Part shown: one piece after another, positions 36,495-47,575 of the stretch
Position numbering within the stretch: the stretch's first letter is position 1
How the letters are laid out: each line of letters starts with the position of its first letter
Assembly (NCBI GenBank): GCA_045047305.1
Contig: JASFYO010000003.1
Coordinates: 32,001 to 96,000 of the forward strand
Direction: 5' to 3'
DNA from: Planctomycetota bacterium
GTDB taxonomy: Bacteria; Planctomycetota; UBA1135
Length of the DNA stretch: 64,000 bases
Made by a program: the position numbers and the translations under genes
Notes under the pieces: generated by a model
Databases searched by the model: none
Told to the model about the DNA's origin: nothing
What the model saw: the letters and a program-made list of their open reading frames with translations, nothing else

Positions 36495-38246
36495 ATGAGC
36501 GAACTGCAATCTTTCCTCGACGACCTCAAAGAGCGTATCCCCATCGAAACGGTGGTGGGGCAGAAGGTGCAACTCACCCGCAAAGGCAATCGTTACTGGG
36601 GATTGTGTCCCTTCCACGCAGAGAAGACGCCTTCTTTTAGCGTGAACCCGGGGCGTAATTCCTTCAAATGTTTCGGCTGTGGCGTCGGTGGTGACTCGAT
36701 TACTTTTGTGCGCGAGACCGAAGGCTTAGAGTTTTTCGAAGCTCTTCGTGTGCTGGCCGATATGGGTGGAATGACGATGCCGCAAAAGTTCAGCGGCGGA
36801 CGTCCAGAGGAGCGCACCGAGCGCGAAGAAGCGCGCGAAGCCCTGCAGTGGGCACGCAAGTTTTTTAGTGATAAGTTGCTCACCCCAGATGGGGAAGGTG
36901 CGCGTAAATATTTGCTCGACCGTTGCATCCCCGAATCTAGTTGGAGTGAATTCGGTATCGGTTGGGCACCACGCGGGCGGCAGGAGTTGTTGTCGTATCT
37001 ACGCAGTAACAAAGTGAGCGATCAGGGCATGCTCACCGCCGGTCTTGCTTTGGAAGATGAAAACACGCGGCAAATGAAATCACGGTTTTGGGAACGGCTC
37101 ATGTTCCCGGTGCTGGATGCTGGAAGTCGCACTTTAGGATTCGGTGGACGTTTCCTTCCCGGCTCCTTTGCCGAAGAAAAGCAAATGGGGAAGTACATCA
37201 ACTCCCCGGAAGGACCGTTGTTTCCGAAACGTCGTTTGCTTTATGGCATTGAAAAAATGTCGCATAGTTTGCGCGATTTCCCCGATGCGCCCATCATCGT
37301 TTCGGAAGGTTATTTAGATGTCATCCAGCTGCATCGAGCCGGCGTGCAACCTTGCGTTGCTGCATTAGGCACAGCCTTCACCGACGACCATGCCAGGCGC
37401 CTAAAACGCACCGAGCGCCGTGTGGTCCTGTTGCTCGACCCCGACGAAGCCGGGCGCAAGGCTGCCGCAAAGGCCGCTCGACTGCTGGTTGCGGAAGGAA
37501 TCGACGTCCGCGTTGCCGAACTTCCCGATGGTCATGACCCCGCCGATATGGTCGCAGAAGGGCGTCTGGAGGAACTCTCCGGCTTCATCGCCGATTCTTG
37601 GGATATACTCCGTTGGCGTTTAAAGACGTGGTCCCAAAAAGCGGATTTGTCTGTGCCTGCGGTCGTCCATCAGGCTGCATCGGAGATGGCGGAGTGGATA
37701 GCAACCACCCCAAGTCCCGTTGTAGCAGAGGCTTGGGCGAATCAGGCTCAGTCTGCTTTGGGGGTCTCGGCCGACGCCCTACGTCGTCTCACTCATCCGA
37801 AGAATTCTGCTGCTGCAGGTCCTAGAGATGGGGGTGGCTATGCAGAATCGCCCCAAACCCCATCACTCACTAACCCCGAGGAGGTCCTTCGAAGAAACGA
37901 ACGAGAAATCATCGCCGCCATCCTTCATGATCCAAGCGCATATCCGCGCTTCCGTAAAGAGCTCGACACGATAGAATTGCAGGATTCCGTCGCCCAGAGA
38001 GTCCTTACTTGGTGTCGTCAGCAGCGTGAATCTGAGCAGGGGTTTGACCTCGTTACTGCTCTCATCGCGTTTCAGAATCAGGAACCAGCCGCATGGTTGG
38101 ATCAGGTTCGCCATCAACGACCCACGGATCCCTGTCTGGCATTAGAACGGTCTCTGGAAGTGCTCCCCGGCAATACAGAAAAAGCGACCGATAGCGATGA
38201 CCTTCATTCCTTCTTACGAAGGATCAGCATCTCTCCGAACGACTGA
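36495..38246 (+). CDS. dnaG: DNA primase
   Basis: [11 protein letters not shown]...KCFGCG zinc finger, RLMFP, FGGR, KYINSPE, EGYLDV, LGTA, DPDEAG, DPAD. Confidence 0.95.
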   Translation: MSELQSFLDDLKERIPIETVVGQKVQLTRKGNRYWGLCPFHAEKTPSFSVNPGRNSFKCFGCGVGGDSITFVRETEGLEFFEALRVLADMGGMTMPQKFSGGRPEERTEREEAREALQWARKFFSDKLLTPDGEGARKYLLDRCIPESSWSEFGIGWAPRGRQELLSYLRSNKVSDQGMLTAGLALEDENTRQMKSRFWERLMFPVLDAGSRTLGFGGRFLPGSFAEEKQMGKYINSPEGPLFPKRRLLYGIEKMSHSLRDFPDAPIIVSEGYLDVIQLHRAGVQPCVAALGTAFTDDHARRLKRTERRVVLLLDPDEAGRKAAAKAARLLVAEGIDVRVAELPDGHDPADMVAEGRLEELSGFIADSWDILRWRLKTWSQKADLSVPAVVHQAASEMAEWIATTPSPVVAEAWANQAQSALGVSADALRRLTHPKNSAAAGPRDGGGYAESPQTPSLTNPEEVLRRNEREIIAAILHDPSAYPRFRKELDTIELQDSVAQRVLTWCRQQRESEQGFDLVTALIAFQNQEPAAWLDQVRHQRPTDPCLALERSLEVLPGNTEKATDSDDLHSFLRRISISPND

Positions 38247-38269
38247 ATCCCGAATCAGCTCCCATTCCC

Positions 38270-40084
38270 ATGACAACTAAGTCGTTAGACAAAAAGACAG
38301 AAGCATCTCTCGAGACCCTCATTGCGAAGGGTCAGGTAACTGGCAGCCTTCCTTTCGAGGAACTGCAAAGTGCTTTGCCAGCCGACAAGCTCGGCGACAT
38401 TGAGATCTTGCAAGAAGTCATTGACCGTTTGGAGGTTTCCGGCATTGTGCTCGGTGACTCTACAACGGAAAACGCTGCCCAATTTGCGGGCGGCACCGCA
38501 CCGATTCCCGTCACTCCGAAACCACTTTCTACACTTAGTGTGCGTGGTGGTGGACGTGCAACTCCAGCTGTGTTGGAGAAGATTGATGACCCGGTGCGCA
38601 TGTACCTCACCCAGATGGGTGAAATTCCTTTGCTTACCAGGGAAGAGGAAATCTCTCTGGCGAAGACTACGGAAGTCTCGCGTAAGATTTTCCGTCGCTT
38701 GGTGCTGGAGTCTGGTCTCGCACTGGATATGGCATTGGATGTGCTGCAGCAAGTCAAGGATGGCGAGCTCGCATTTGACCGCACCTTGAAGGTAAACCCT
38801 TCGGCGCAAGCAAACTCGAGCTTTGCGGTCTTGCACTTCAACCGACGCCTGAAGAAGCAGGCTGCGGAAGAGGGGGCCGATGAAGGTACTTCGTCCAACA
38901 TCGATGGTGGTGCTGGCTATGAGCTCACCAAGCAAGATTTGGAGCAACGTTTGGGCGGCCACATTGCCGACCTCACCAACTTGCGCGATACTGCGCGGGT
39001 TGGATACGAAGTGCAGTTGGATGGTCGTCTGAAAGCAGACGAGCGTGCGCTGTTCCGTCGCACCATGCGTGCACGTCAACGCTGCATTGCAGTGATGGTG
39101 GAGGAATTGCACTTCCAGGTAAACATCTTGCAGGACTTTATTCGCGTGCTGGAAAGTAAGGCGCGTGCATGGAATGCTGTCGCCCGCGAAGCCGCAAGCT
39201 TTGATGGCGCTCGTAAACGCAGCAATGCTGGCAAGGAAGAGTATGCGGTGTTGCAAGCGCAACTGCGCGAATGGGAAGTCAAAGCCATGGAGCCATTGGA
39301 GTCCTTCCAGCGCCGCATGGAATTGCTTTACCGTGCCATGGACACTTATGAGGGTGCCAAGAAGGGCTTGTCTTCGGGTAACTTGCGCTTGGTGGTTTCG
39401 ATTGCCAAGAAGTACCGTAACCGTGGCTTGAGCTTCCTCGACTTGATTCAGGAAGGCAATACCGGATTGATGAAGGCTGTGGAGAAGTACGAGTATCGCC
39501 GTGGTTATAAGTTCTCAACTTATGCCACATGGTGGATTCGTCAGGCCATCACACGTTCCATCGCAGATCAGGCGCGGACTATCCGCATTCCTGTGCACAT
39601 GATTGAAACCATGTCGAAGCTGCGCGCCGTGCAAAAGCGCCTGCTGCAGAACCTCGGCCGCGAACCTTCGATTGAGGAAATGTCGGAAGCTGCTGACATT
39701 GCAGTCGACGAAGCCACGCGGGTGATGAAGATTGCCAAGCACCCGATTTCTTTGGATCGCCCGATTGGTGATTCGGAGGACTCCTACTTCGGCGATTTCA
39801 TCGAAGACGAGTCTTCTGAAAACCCGGTCGAACGGGCTGGTCAGGAAATGCTCAAAGAACGCATCGACGATGTGCTGGAGTCTCTCACCTTCCGTGAGCG
39901 CGAGATCATCAAGCTGCGTTATGGCATAGGAGACGGGTATACCTACACCCTTGAAGAGGTTGGCAGGATTTTCCGCGTGACGCGCGAGCGTGTGCGTCAG
40001 ATTGAGGCCAAGGCGATTCGTAAGTTGCAGCACCCAATCAGGGCACGCAAGCTGGCGGGTTTCCTAGATGGCACAACTCCTTAA
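38270..40084 (+). CDS. rpoD: Primary sigma factor sigma70
   Basis: [68 protein letters not shown]. Confidence 0.97.
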   Translation: MTTKSLDKKTEASLETLIAKGQVTGSLPFEELQSALPADKLGDIEILQEVIDRLEVSGIVLGDSTTENAAQFAGGTAPIPVTPKPLSTLSVRGGGRATPAVLEKIDDPVRMYLTQMGEIPLLTREEEISLAKTTEVSRKIFRRLVLESGLALDMALDVLQQVKDGELAFDRTLKVNPSAQANSSFAVLHFNRRLKKQAAEEGADEGTSSNIDGGAGYELTKQDLEQRLGGHIADLTNLRDTARVGYEVQLDGRLKADERALFRRTMRARQRCIAVMVEELHFQVNILQDFIRVLESKARAWNAVAREAASFDGARKRSNAGKEEYAVLQAQLREWEVKAMEPLESFQRRMELLYRAMDTYEGAKKGLSSGNLRLVVSIAKKYRNRGLSFLDLIQEGNTGLMKAVEKYEYRRGYKFSTYATWWIRQAITRSIADQARTIRIPVHMIETMSKLRAVQKRLLQNLGREPSIEEMSEAADIAVDEATRVMKIAKHPISLDRPIGDSEDSYFGDFIEDESSENPVERAGQEMLKERIDDVLESLTFREREIIKLRYGIGDGYTYTLEEVGRIFRVTRERVRQIEAKAIRKLQHPIRARKLAGFLDGTTP

Positions 40085-40093
40085 TCAAACTCT

Positions 40094-40164
40094 GGCGGCT
40101 TCCGCCTAATACCTGATAACAATCAGGGAATCGCAGCCCAGATGGTGTATCCATCTGGGCTGCG
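40094..40164. other. Three consecutive inverted repeats in the rpoD-downstream intergenic region
   Basis: GGCGG-CTT-CCGCC (40094-40106); CCTGAT-AACA-ATCAGG (40112-40127); CGCAGCCCAGATGG-TGTAT-CCATCTGGGCTGCG (40132-40164). Confidence 0.7.
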
Positions 40165-40184
40165 CTACGTTGTAATGATGTGCA

Positions 40185-40919
40185 GTGGAAGCCATCCTCG
40201 CCCATCTCATTCGCGCTCAACAGGTCGACAAACGATTGACCACTTTGGCACGTCGCCTGGAGTCTCTTCCAGTAGAGCTGGGGGAACGCGAATCCACCAT
40301 GGCGGCGCTGGAAGCCGAAGCAGAAGAGCTAGAGTCGGAGAAGAAAGCTTGCCTAGTGCGCTCCACTAAGTTGGAGAACGAATGCGGCACCCGCGAGGAG
40401 CGTATCAACAAGCTTGAGAAGCAGGCGGTTGAGGCACGTGATCCCTCTGCCGTGCAGATTGCGCAACATGAGGCGGCTACGCATCGTCAAGAAAACTCCG
40501 ATGCTCAGGAGGAAGCGCTTGAGTTATTAGAACGCGCCGATGGTCTAACCGCCAAACGCGAGGCCATGAACTCTCGCTTAGACGAAGCCAAGGAATCTTT
40601 AGATGCCATGCGCGCGAGTGTCGAGACCGATACTGCTGATTTGCAGGCCGAGGTCGACACCTTGAACGCCGAACGTGAAGGCTTAGTCGCCGAGGTCAAC
40701 TCGACCGTGCGCAGTGTGTTTCAGATTCTTGCTGAAAAGCATCCAGGCAAAGCAGTGGTGCCTCTGAAGGGCGATTCCTGCGGCGGTTGCGGCACCAACC
40801 TGACCGCCAACGATCGTGTGCGCGTGCAAGGCTCCAAGTCGATGATTCGTTGTCCTTCTTGCACCCGAATCCTGGTTACCCAGGAATTGTGGTCGAAGGT
40901 AAGCGAGCCGGTGCAATAA
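40185..40919 (+). CDS. Coiled-coil protein with C4 zinc ribbon (DUF164/CT398-like)
   Basis: Long coiled coil, then SCGGC...RCPSCTRIL; commonly found after rpoD. Confidence 0.85.
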   Translation: MEAILAHLIRAQQVDKRLTTLARRLESLPVELGERESTMAALEAEAEELESEKKACLVRSTKLENECGTREERINKLEKQAVEARDPSAVQIAQHEAATHRQENSDAQEEALELLERADGLTAKREAMNSRLDEAKESLDAMRASVETDTADLQAEVDTLNAEREGLVAEVNSTVRSVFQILAEKHPGKAVVPLKGDSCGGCGTNLTANDRVRVQGSKSMIRCPSCTRILVTQELWSKVSEPVQ

Positions 40920-40961
40920 GGCACCGACTCGCTTAGGATTCCGTTACGCAACAGTTTCGTG

Positions 40962-43013
40962 TTATTGAATCGTTGCTGTCACCGTATTGGATTTGATCGA
41001 GTTCACTCCGCCGAGACCGCGCGGAATCACCACCTGTATGTGGACGTCAATCAATGGAGCTAATGCTGGCACCTGAATGGTTAGGGCAGCGATTCCGCTT
41101 CCATTCGCGATAGCATTTCCAGCTATCGTAACTGGTGAGAGAAGGTCGAGGCAAAGCCCGCCGAGTGCGACTGGGCATGGGCCAGCTCCTGTTCCCACTA
41201 AACTGTAAGCAAAGGTCAAGGTCTCTGCAGGCACGGCGCCATCGGCAGTCAGGGTGGCGGATTGTGCACGCAGGAGCGGGCTCACATTGAGAGTTAGGCC
41301 TCCTGGGACATCGGAAAGGCATGCAGAAAGCTCCGAAGTATTGCCGCTGCTTTGCTGCGTTGCGGTGGCGGTGATAAACCAACCGCTTGGAGTCGTGATT
41401 GGGAATGAGGTATGAAAGGACGCTTGCCCTGAAGAGTCGGTTGTGACTGAAATCGTTCCAAGGAAGACTTCGCTTTCTCCGAAGCCGGATGGGTCGCACT
41501 GCGAAGAGCTAAAGAAATCTAGGTCGAAACTTAATGACGCCCTGCTGTTTAGCGTTCCCATCACGGTGGTGGAGTTGGTTTGGAAAGTCACTTGTTGCAG
41601 AACTGGGTAGTTTTGCAAGCCATTCGCGCCGCCATCCGAATCACCGGGATCGTTGGTGGTCGGGCCTGGTGTGCCAAGGCCAACTAAGAGGTCGATGCCC
41701 AAGGCTCCGTTATCGTGCATGCGGTTGCCGCGTAAGGAAGCACCTTCGATTGCTGAGTCCACTTGAATCCCCGAAGTCTCCGAGAAAGCAATGATGTTTG
41801 CCTCTCCAGGAAGAATTCCACCTACAGTGATTGGAGAAGAAGAAAACGGCCAGCGATCGATGAAGATGCCTTGCCGGTTGGGTAAAGGCAGTAAGCCACT
41901 TGCATCGGTTCCAATGATGTTTCCTTGAAAGATGGAGGCATCACAGGATCCATAAACATGGATGGCATTTCCAAATCGAATCCCGGCGGAGTGGTTAATC
42001 CCGACCACAAAAATGCCGCTAATCAGGTTGTCACGCACGATAGTGCCGGGAGATTCTCTAACTTGAATACCAGTTGCTCCAAGTTGCTGGGTTGGGATAC
42101 TCACACCATCCGCATTCACTCCAATGTAGTTGCCTTCAATCAGGGTATCGAAGGAGTATTCGACATTCACCATGCCGCCGGTGGGGAAGCCCTCGGAACT
42201 GTATTCTCCAGCACCACGAATGACATTGCGTTCGGCGACGGAAGGGCCTCCAATGCGATTGTTGATGGCATCGTTATTCGGGCAACAAGTTGGTGTCCGC
42301 ACTTCCACTGCGAAACCATTTCCTGACAAGGTGTTGGCAATCACAACATTGTCGCGCGCCGGGCCATCGATGCGCACGCCAGCATTCCCTGAAGATAAAA
42401 TGTTGCCTTCCCCGGGATTGGTACCGCCAATAATATTCCCGGTGGCAGGTGGACCGCCAAACAATCCCGTGATGTAGACCGCAGCAAAATTAGCTCCCCA
42501 AATATTGCAGCCAATCACCTGGTTGTTATTGCCACCAATACGAATGCCATAGCCATGCAGGATCACGCGATCAAGGCCAATGATGACGCAACTATCCCCA
42601 CCAATATAAATCGCGGCTGCACCAGCTGCTGGTGGGGTGGTTCGAATTCCAACTTCATTGCCGAATGGATTGGTGTTGCCAGTGAACACTGTTTGGGTGC
42701 TAAAGTCGACGGTAGTTTGGTCGTCGGAAAGGAAAAAAGAATCGAAATCCATGAATAGAATGGCCACGCCTCCACTCCATTCGTTGCTCGCCGTGTTTGG
42801 AATCGCAAAGGCAATCGTTTGCGGCCCAGGAGTATTGTTGGCCGCGGTGCAGGCTTCACGGAAGGAAACTAAGCCATCTGGGCCAGGCAGGTCGGCCAGT
42901 TGCTGAGCGCCGCCAAAGTCAACAAAATCGTCGGTCATGGTGACAGTTGCGGTTTGTGCGCTTACTGACGAGGCGCCAAGCAGCCCAAAAAGAAGGGGGA
43001 GAATGATTTTCAT
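40962..43013 (-). CDS. Secreted right-handed beta-helix protein (CSLREA-like start)
   Basis: Signal peptide; VSFREACTAAN; repeated NxIGG/GNxIG; NGALGIDL...NDPGDSDGGANGLQNYP; ITATAT..SGNTSE.S. Confidence 0.8.
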   Translation of the reverse strand: MKIILPLLFGLLGASSVSAQTATVTMTDDFVDFGGAQQLADLPGPDGLVSFREACTAANNTPGPQTIAFAIPNTASNEWSGGVAILFMDFDSFFLSDDQTTVDFSTQTVFTGNTNPFGNEVGIRTTPPAAGAAAIYIGGDSCVIIGLDRVILHGYGIRIGGNNNQVIGCNIWGANFAAVYITGLFGGPPATGNIIGGTNPGEGNILSSGNAGVRIDGPARDNVVIANTLSGNGFAVEVRTPTCCPNNDAINNRIGGPSVAERNVIRGAGEYSSEGFPTGGMVNVEYSFDTLIEGNYIGVNADGVSIPTQQLGATGIQVRESPGTIVRDNLISGIFVVGINHSAGIRFGNAIHVYGSCDASIFQGNIIGTDASGLLPLPNRQGIFIDRWPFSSSPITVGGILPGEANIIAFSETSGIQVDSAIEGASLRGNRMHDNGALGIDLLVGLGTPGPTTNDPGDSDGGANGLQNYPVLQQVTFQTNSTTVMGTLNSRASLSFDLDFFSSSQCDPSGFGESEVFLGTISVTTDSSGQASFHTSFPITTPSGWFITATATQQSSGNTSELSACLSDVPGGLTLNVSPLLRAQSATLTADGAVPAETLTFAYSLVGTGAGPCPVALGGLCLDLLSPVTIAGNAIANGSGIAALTIQVPALAPLIDVHIQVVIPRGLGGVNSIKSNTVTATIQ

Positions 43014-43115
43014 GGTAAAGAGGTGTTCTGAGGGGATAAGCGTGCGCCCGGCGGGGTTTCCCCCATGGATTCGAAGATTCTCCCCAGGTAGAACGACTGC
43101 TAAACTGCCGCTTCC

Positions 43116-46100
43116 ATGCTTTTCCTTTCCGCTCTTCTACTTTACGCCCTGCCGCAGCAGTCCCTAGAGGGTCAGCTGCCGAAGCAGGACCTCGGGGTCG
43201 CCGCGTTTTTGGCTGCGCACCCGGAATACGATGGTCGTGGCATTCGTGTTGCGGTGCTCGACACCGGCATTGACCCTGGCCACCCGTTCTTGCAAAAGAC
43301 ACCGGATGGGCGACGCAAGTTGGTCGACTGGTACGACGCCACCACCGATGGTCGCATGGACACCAGCATGGTGGTTGAGTTAGATGGCAACGGCAAAACC
43401 ATCGGACTTAGTGGTCGTGAGCTAGATCTTGGCCATTATCAAAGTTCTGGCTCGGTGCACCTCGGTCGTATCGGTGCGGAGTTTTTACCGGGTGGCTTGA
43501 GTGGTCGCATGAACGCACAACGCAAAGCCAAGTGGCAGGTTGAGGCGAATAAGTACGAGGAAGCGGTCACCCGTTTGGAAGCGAATGGTACCTCGGTCGA
43601 TGAGGAGTCCGCTTCTGAAACCGAAGCCCAACGTCATTTTGATTCATTTACGGATCCCGGTGTGGTTTACGACGTTGTCGTCTTCAAACAAGCGGGCAAA
43701 TGGAAAGTCGTCATCGACTCCGATGAAGATGGCGACCTCGATGAGGAAACCGCGCTCGGAGGTTTCCGCGAAACCGGAGACTGGGCTACGCTCGGTGATT
43801 CTTCTAATATGAATTACGCGGTGAAGGTTTCCGAAGATGGAAATCTCACTACCTTGCTGTTTGACACCCATGGTCATGGCACCCACGTGGCAGGCATTAT
43901 TGGAAGTTATGAGGGACCGAATGGTCGTTTGAATGGCATCGCTCCTGGAGTGGAACTCGTCGCGATTAAAATTGGAGATGGCAAGTTTGGCGGCAGTACC
44001 AGCGGTTTTGCAGTAGCCAAAGCCATGGATATTGCAGTGGAGGCCGGTTGCCAAATCGCCAACATGTCTTTCGGTGGACCAAGCTTTTACGCGGATGGCA
44101 ATGAACCCGACGCCTGGGTGATTGATGAAGCAGCTAAGCGTGGATTGATTTTGGTGACGTCGGCCGGCAACGAAGGCCCCGCGCTCTCCACGGTTGGGGC
44201 ACCTGGAACGACTGAATCGGCATTTTCGATTGCAGCCGCGGTTTGGCCCGACACCCAGAAGGTGAACTACGGTTCTTTGAATCCTAGCCAGCCGGTGCTG
44301 TTCGATTTCTCATCGCGTGGGCCACTGCCCAACGGCGATCTCGGCGTGGACTTTACCGCTCCAGGCGCCGCACTCAGCTCGCTCCCATCTTGGACTTTGT
44401 CCAAGGGTGAAAACTGGAACGGCACATCGATGGCCGCTCCACAAATGGCCGGCTGCGTTGCGCTACTGCGTTGTGCAGCAACTCAAGAAGGGCTCGCGCA
44501 AACTCCCGCGCGCATTTACCGCGCTATGCGTTTGGCAGCAGAAAAACTGCCGCAACACGATTGGGTGGAAGTCGGGCATGGTGCCATCGACATGGAACGT
44601 AGTTTGGTTGCCTTACGCAATCTTGCCGAAGGTGCAGAAGGGGAGCAGTCCTTTACCGTCAGCATTAACAATCCCTTCGGAATTGGCGAGGGCATTTACC
44701 TGCGTGGGTTGCCATCCACGGAGCCTTTTGAGCGTCGGATTAACATTACTCCAGATTTTGATTTAGAAGACAGCAACGCCAGCCGTTCCGATTTCCTGCG
44801 CACCTTTCGTTTGGTTTCGGAATCCGATTGGGTGCAGGTGCCCGATGCCATGTACACCAGCTCACATGGTTCCGGCTTCAACGCGCGCATAAACCCTGAA
44901 GGTTTAGAGCATGGCCTTTACAGCACCCGTATTCTCGCTTACGACGATGCGAAGCCTGAAAACGCCGGTCCAGATTTAGTCATTCCAGTCACCGTGGTCG
45001 TTCCGATGGAAGCCGATGAACTCGGCGAAGCCTGGAATAGTTTTGAGCTTGGCCCCGGCGATCTCGGCCGCACTTTTTTGCAAGTGCCGCAAGGTGCAAG
45101 CGTGGTGCATTTGCGCGTCACGCAGCACGGTGGTGGCGACAATGAGTTTCGCACCGGCGCTGGTTCGGTCAGCGGTTTTCTATACTCCGGGGATCGTCAA
45201 CGTCGTGGCCGTTTTATCTTGAGCGACAACGAAAGCTACGAAACCACGATTCCGGTCGAAGCCGGAACCGTGTTCGAATATGCCATGGGTGCACGTTGGG
45301 CGACCAACATACAAACGGAAGTCGAGTTGCATTTCCGTTTTGAAGGAGTGCAGCCGCAATACGCAGAGTTTGAAGTGCCAGCTGGTCAAGACACCGGCTT
45401 CTTCGGTTTTGCCTCTTACTTGCGTGATGCTAACGGCCTTCGCGTTGCGGCATCAATTGATGGCGTGGCATCGCCCGTGGTCGCAGAAATGAAAATCATT
45501 GAGGATCCAATCCGCAGCACCATCATGGGGGGATACGGAATGTTCCAGGGCATTGTTGAATGGAGTGCCGAAGTGCCAGAGGGGACCAGTAAAGTTTCCT
45601 TGTACACTCCGCGTTCGATTCAAACCACCGAGTGGCGTGAGGACCTTGCCTTAGAAATCTTCGACGAGGCCGATGCCGTGGTGGGGCGTTTCATCGCTTA
45701 TGAAACCGAAACCGATTTGGGCCATTTGGATCCCGGCAAGTACCACTTTCGTTTGAGTTACCCTAGTCTTGGCGCCGCTGCTTTGCATGCGCGCTTTGCC
45801 GGTGCCGAACTTCGTTTCTACGACAGTCCGGGCGCAATGACTTTGTACCCGAATCTGACTTCGGCCATTGCCGAGTCTGGCGCAAGTAGTCGCATGAATA
45901 TTCCCTTTGGAGGAGCACGCAGCGTGTTTGCACGTTTGCCGGAACTCGAGGATCTGGAGAATGGACAGCGCTACTTCGGTTCGGTGAGCGTGAAGTCGGG
46001 CGACCACACCTTGCTTTCGGTACCGCTTTCGATTGCACGCCCAACCGCTCCACAGACTGGGCCCAAGGATTGGGCTCTCACCGAAGCCGATGAACCTTGC

Positions 46101-46343
46101 GAGGAGCATGCCAAGTGGTCAGAGGCTAAGTCTGCTGGCGAAACCAAGCCGGTGGCATGGATTTCTGCTGCTCGCGATTGGGCAAGCGCCGAGCCGCTCA
46201 ACTTCGAAGCCACCCTCGCGGTTTACGAAGCCTTGGTCAGCGCAGGCCTGCCGGAAGTCGCCAAGCGCGATGCTGTCGGATTCCTTGCTAGCTTCCCCAA
46301 CCGCGTCGAAGAGTTTCGCGCAGCTGCTAAGAGCTGGAACTAA
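43116..46343 (+). CDS. S8 serine peptidase, tripeptidyl-peptidase II-like
   Basis: LPKQDLGVAAFLAAHPEYDGRGIRVAVLDTG.DP matches the TPPII N-terminus; HGTHVAGI after a long D-H insert; SAGNEGP; NGTSMAAP. Confidence 0.88.
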   Translation: MLFLSALLLYALPQQSLEGQLPKQDLGVAAFLAAHPEYDGRGIRVAVLDTGIDPGHPFLQKTPDGRRKLVDWYDATTDGRMDTSMVVELDGNGKTIGLSGRELDLGHYQSSGSVHLGRIGAEFLPGGLSGRMNAQRKAKWQVEANKYEEAVTRLEANGTSVDEESASETEAQRHFDSFTDPGVVYDVVVFKQAGKWKVVIDSDEDGDLDEETALGGFRETGDWATLGDSSNMNYAVKVSEDGNLTTLLFDTHGHGTHVAGIIGSYEGPNGRLNGIAPGVELVAIKIGDGKFGGSTSGFAVAKAMDIAVEAGCQIANMSFGGPSFYADGNEPDAWVIDEAAKRGLILVTSAGNEGPALSTVGAPGTTESAFSIAAAVWPDTQKVNYGSLNPSQPVLFDFSSRGPLPNGDLGVDFTAPGAALSSLPSWTLSKGENWNGTSMAAPQMAGCVALLRCAATQEGLAQTPARIYRAMRLAAEKLPQHDWVEVGHGAIDMERSLVALRNLAEGAEGEQSFTVSINNPFGIGEGIYLRGLPSTEPFERRINITPDFDLEDSNASRSDFLRTFRLVSESDWVQVPDAMYTSSHGSGFNARINPEGLEHGLYSTRILAYDDAKPENAGPDLVIPVTVVVPMEADELGEAWNSFELGPGDLGRTFLQVPQGASVVHLRVTQHGGGDNEFRTGAGSVSGFLYSGDRQRRGRFILSDNESYETTIPVEAGTVFEYAMGARWATNIQTEVELHFRFEGVQPQYAEFEVPAGQDTGFFGFASYLRDANGLRVAASIDGVASPVVAEMKIIEDPIRSTIMGGYGMFQGIVEWSAEVPEGTSKVSLYTPRSIQTTEWREDLALEIFDEADAVVGRFIAYETETDLGHLDPGKYHFRLSYPSLGAAALHARFAGAELRFYDSPGAMTLYPNLTSAIAESGASSRMNIPFGGARSVFARLPELEDLENGQRYFGSVSVKSGDHTLLSVPLSIARPTAPQTGPKDWALTEADEPCEEHAKWSEAKSAGETKPVAWISAARDWASAEPLNFEATLAVYEALVSAGLPEVAKRDAVGFLASFPNRVEEFRAAAKSWN

Positions 46344-46350
46344 AGCGCAA

Positions 46351-47484
46351 ATGCAACCGCGTCTAGCCCTGTGTGGGAATGTGTTTCCTGCGGATGGGCC
46401 GGGCGCGGTTTTAGCTGCATTGCGCGGACCGGTACGCGCGTGGACCGATGGTCTTAAAGAGGAAGGGCAAACTGGACCATTCGGTTTTGGCCTTCATTTC
46501 TCCGCGCGTGCAGCTGCTGAAATCGCCGCATCGAAACCACTGCTTCTTGAAATCAAGCAAGCGATGGCGGATGCCGATGTCATAGCATGGACTGCCAATG
46601 CATTTCCCTTTGGCGATTTCCATGCAAGCTTGGTGAAGGAGTCCGCCTTCCTCCCGGACTGGAGTTCGCCGCAACGATCCGAGTTCACCATGCAAGTGGC
46701 GCATCTACTTGCCGAGCTCGCTCCGGACGATGACCGCCCCTTATCCATTTCCACCTGCCCGATCGGATATGGAACTGCAGCACTCGAGCACCCGGATACG
46801 CTCAAGCATTTACTGTTCACCGCTGCGTGCTTGCAACATTTAGGCAAGCAATACCGTCGCGATTTCATCCTCGCGATTGAGCCCGAGCCCGATGGCAACT
46901 TTGAGCGCGTCAGTGATTTAGCGAACTGGTTGTACCACCACATACCGGCGGACTTACTTCCACAACTCGGCGTGTGCTGGGATTTATGTCACGGAGCCGT
47001 TGTGGGAGAATCCGCAGCCGAGGTTTTGGAGACTCTGCACAACACTGGAGTGCGCGTTGGCAAGGTGCAGATCTCTTCGGCGCTGGCAATCCCCGGCAAC
47101 CCAAGCGCAGAATCACTCGCGCTTTTGCAGTCGCTCACCGCCGATCCATATCTGCATCAAGTCAGAGGAGATAACTCGGAGGGGGTGGCGTCGTCCATGC
47201 CCGACATGCCAGCCTTCCTGGAGCTCCCAGACGCCTCCCAGTGGTCGAACCTCCGCGTGCATTGCCACGTTCCAGTTTCGCGCTCCGAGTACCCCGGAGG
47301 CCTTCAAGGGACGCCGTGGAAAGAGGCCGTGGGCCAATGCTTGAACGCCGGCATCCGCGACTTCGAGCTCGAAACTTACACCCTGCCGGTGCTGCCGGCG
47401 GAGTTTCTGGCCGAACGTGGGCAGGTCGGCACCATGGTCGATGAAAGTTTGTCGTGTATTCAGGCTCTCACGCTTGACACTTAA
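46351..47484 (+). CDS. eboE: EboE-like xylose-isomerase TIM-barrel protein
   Basis: LALCGNVFP, TANAFPFGDFH..VKE..F.PDW, SIST.P, IEPEP, WDLCH.AV, GKVQISSA, PYLHQ, RVHCHVP, ELETYT. Confidence 0.8.
   Translation: MQPRLALCGNVFPADGPGAVLAALRGPVRAWTDGLKEEGQTGPFGFGLHFSARAAAEIAASKPLLLEIKQAMADADVIAWTANAFPFGDFHASLVKESAFLPDWSSPQRSEFTMQVAHLLAELAPDDDRPLSISTCPIGYGTAALEHPDTLKHLLFTAACLQHLGKQYRRDFILAIEPEPDGNFERVSDLANWLYHHIPADLLPQLGVCWDLCHGAVVGESAAEVLETLHNTGVRVGKVQISSALAIPGNPSAESLALLQSLTADPYLHQVRGDNSEGVASSMPDMPAFLELPDASQWSNLRVHCHVPVSRSEYPGGLQGTPWKEAVGQCLNAGIRDFELETYTLPVLPAEFLAERGQVGTMVDESLSCIQALTLDT
47344..47480 (+). repeat. Direct repeat copy 1 (3' end of eboE), 137 bp
   Basis: Matches 52789-52925 with 3 substitutions by manual comparison. 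Confidence 0.92.
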
Positions 47485-47575
47485 GGCTTGCAACTACGTG
47501 TAGGCAGAATGGAGGGCAAAAGAATCAGCCAATTCCATGAAATTGTTGATATTTCAAGTGTAGACTTCAACTGTT

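Noticed and set aside
38285..39262. 325-aa antisense ORF inside rpoD (similarly 30556-31560 and 17862-18755)
   Set aside because: Shadow ORFs on the strand opposite conserved genes, with no recognisable motifs
46033..46350. Possible frameshift fusion of the TPPII-like peptidase and eboE
   Set aside because: The peptidase has a clean TAA and eboE has its own ATG 7 nt later; no slippery site seen
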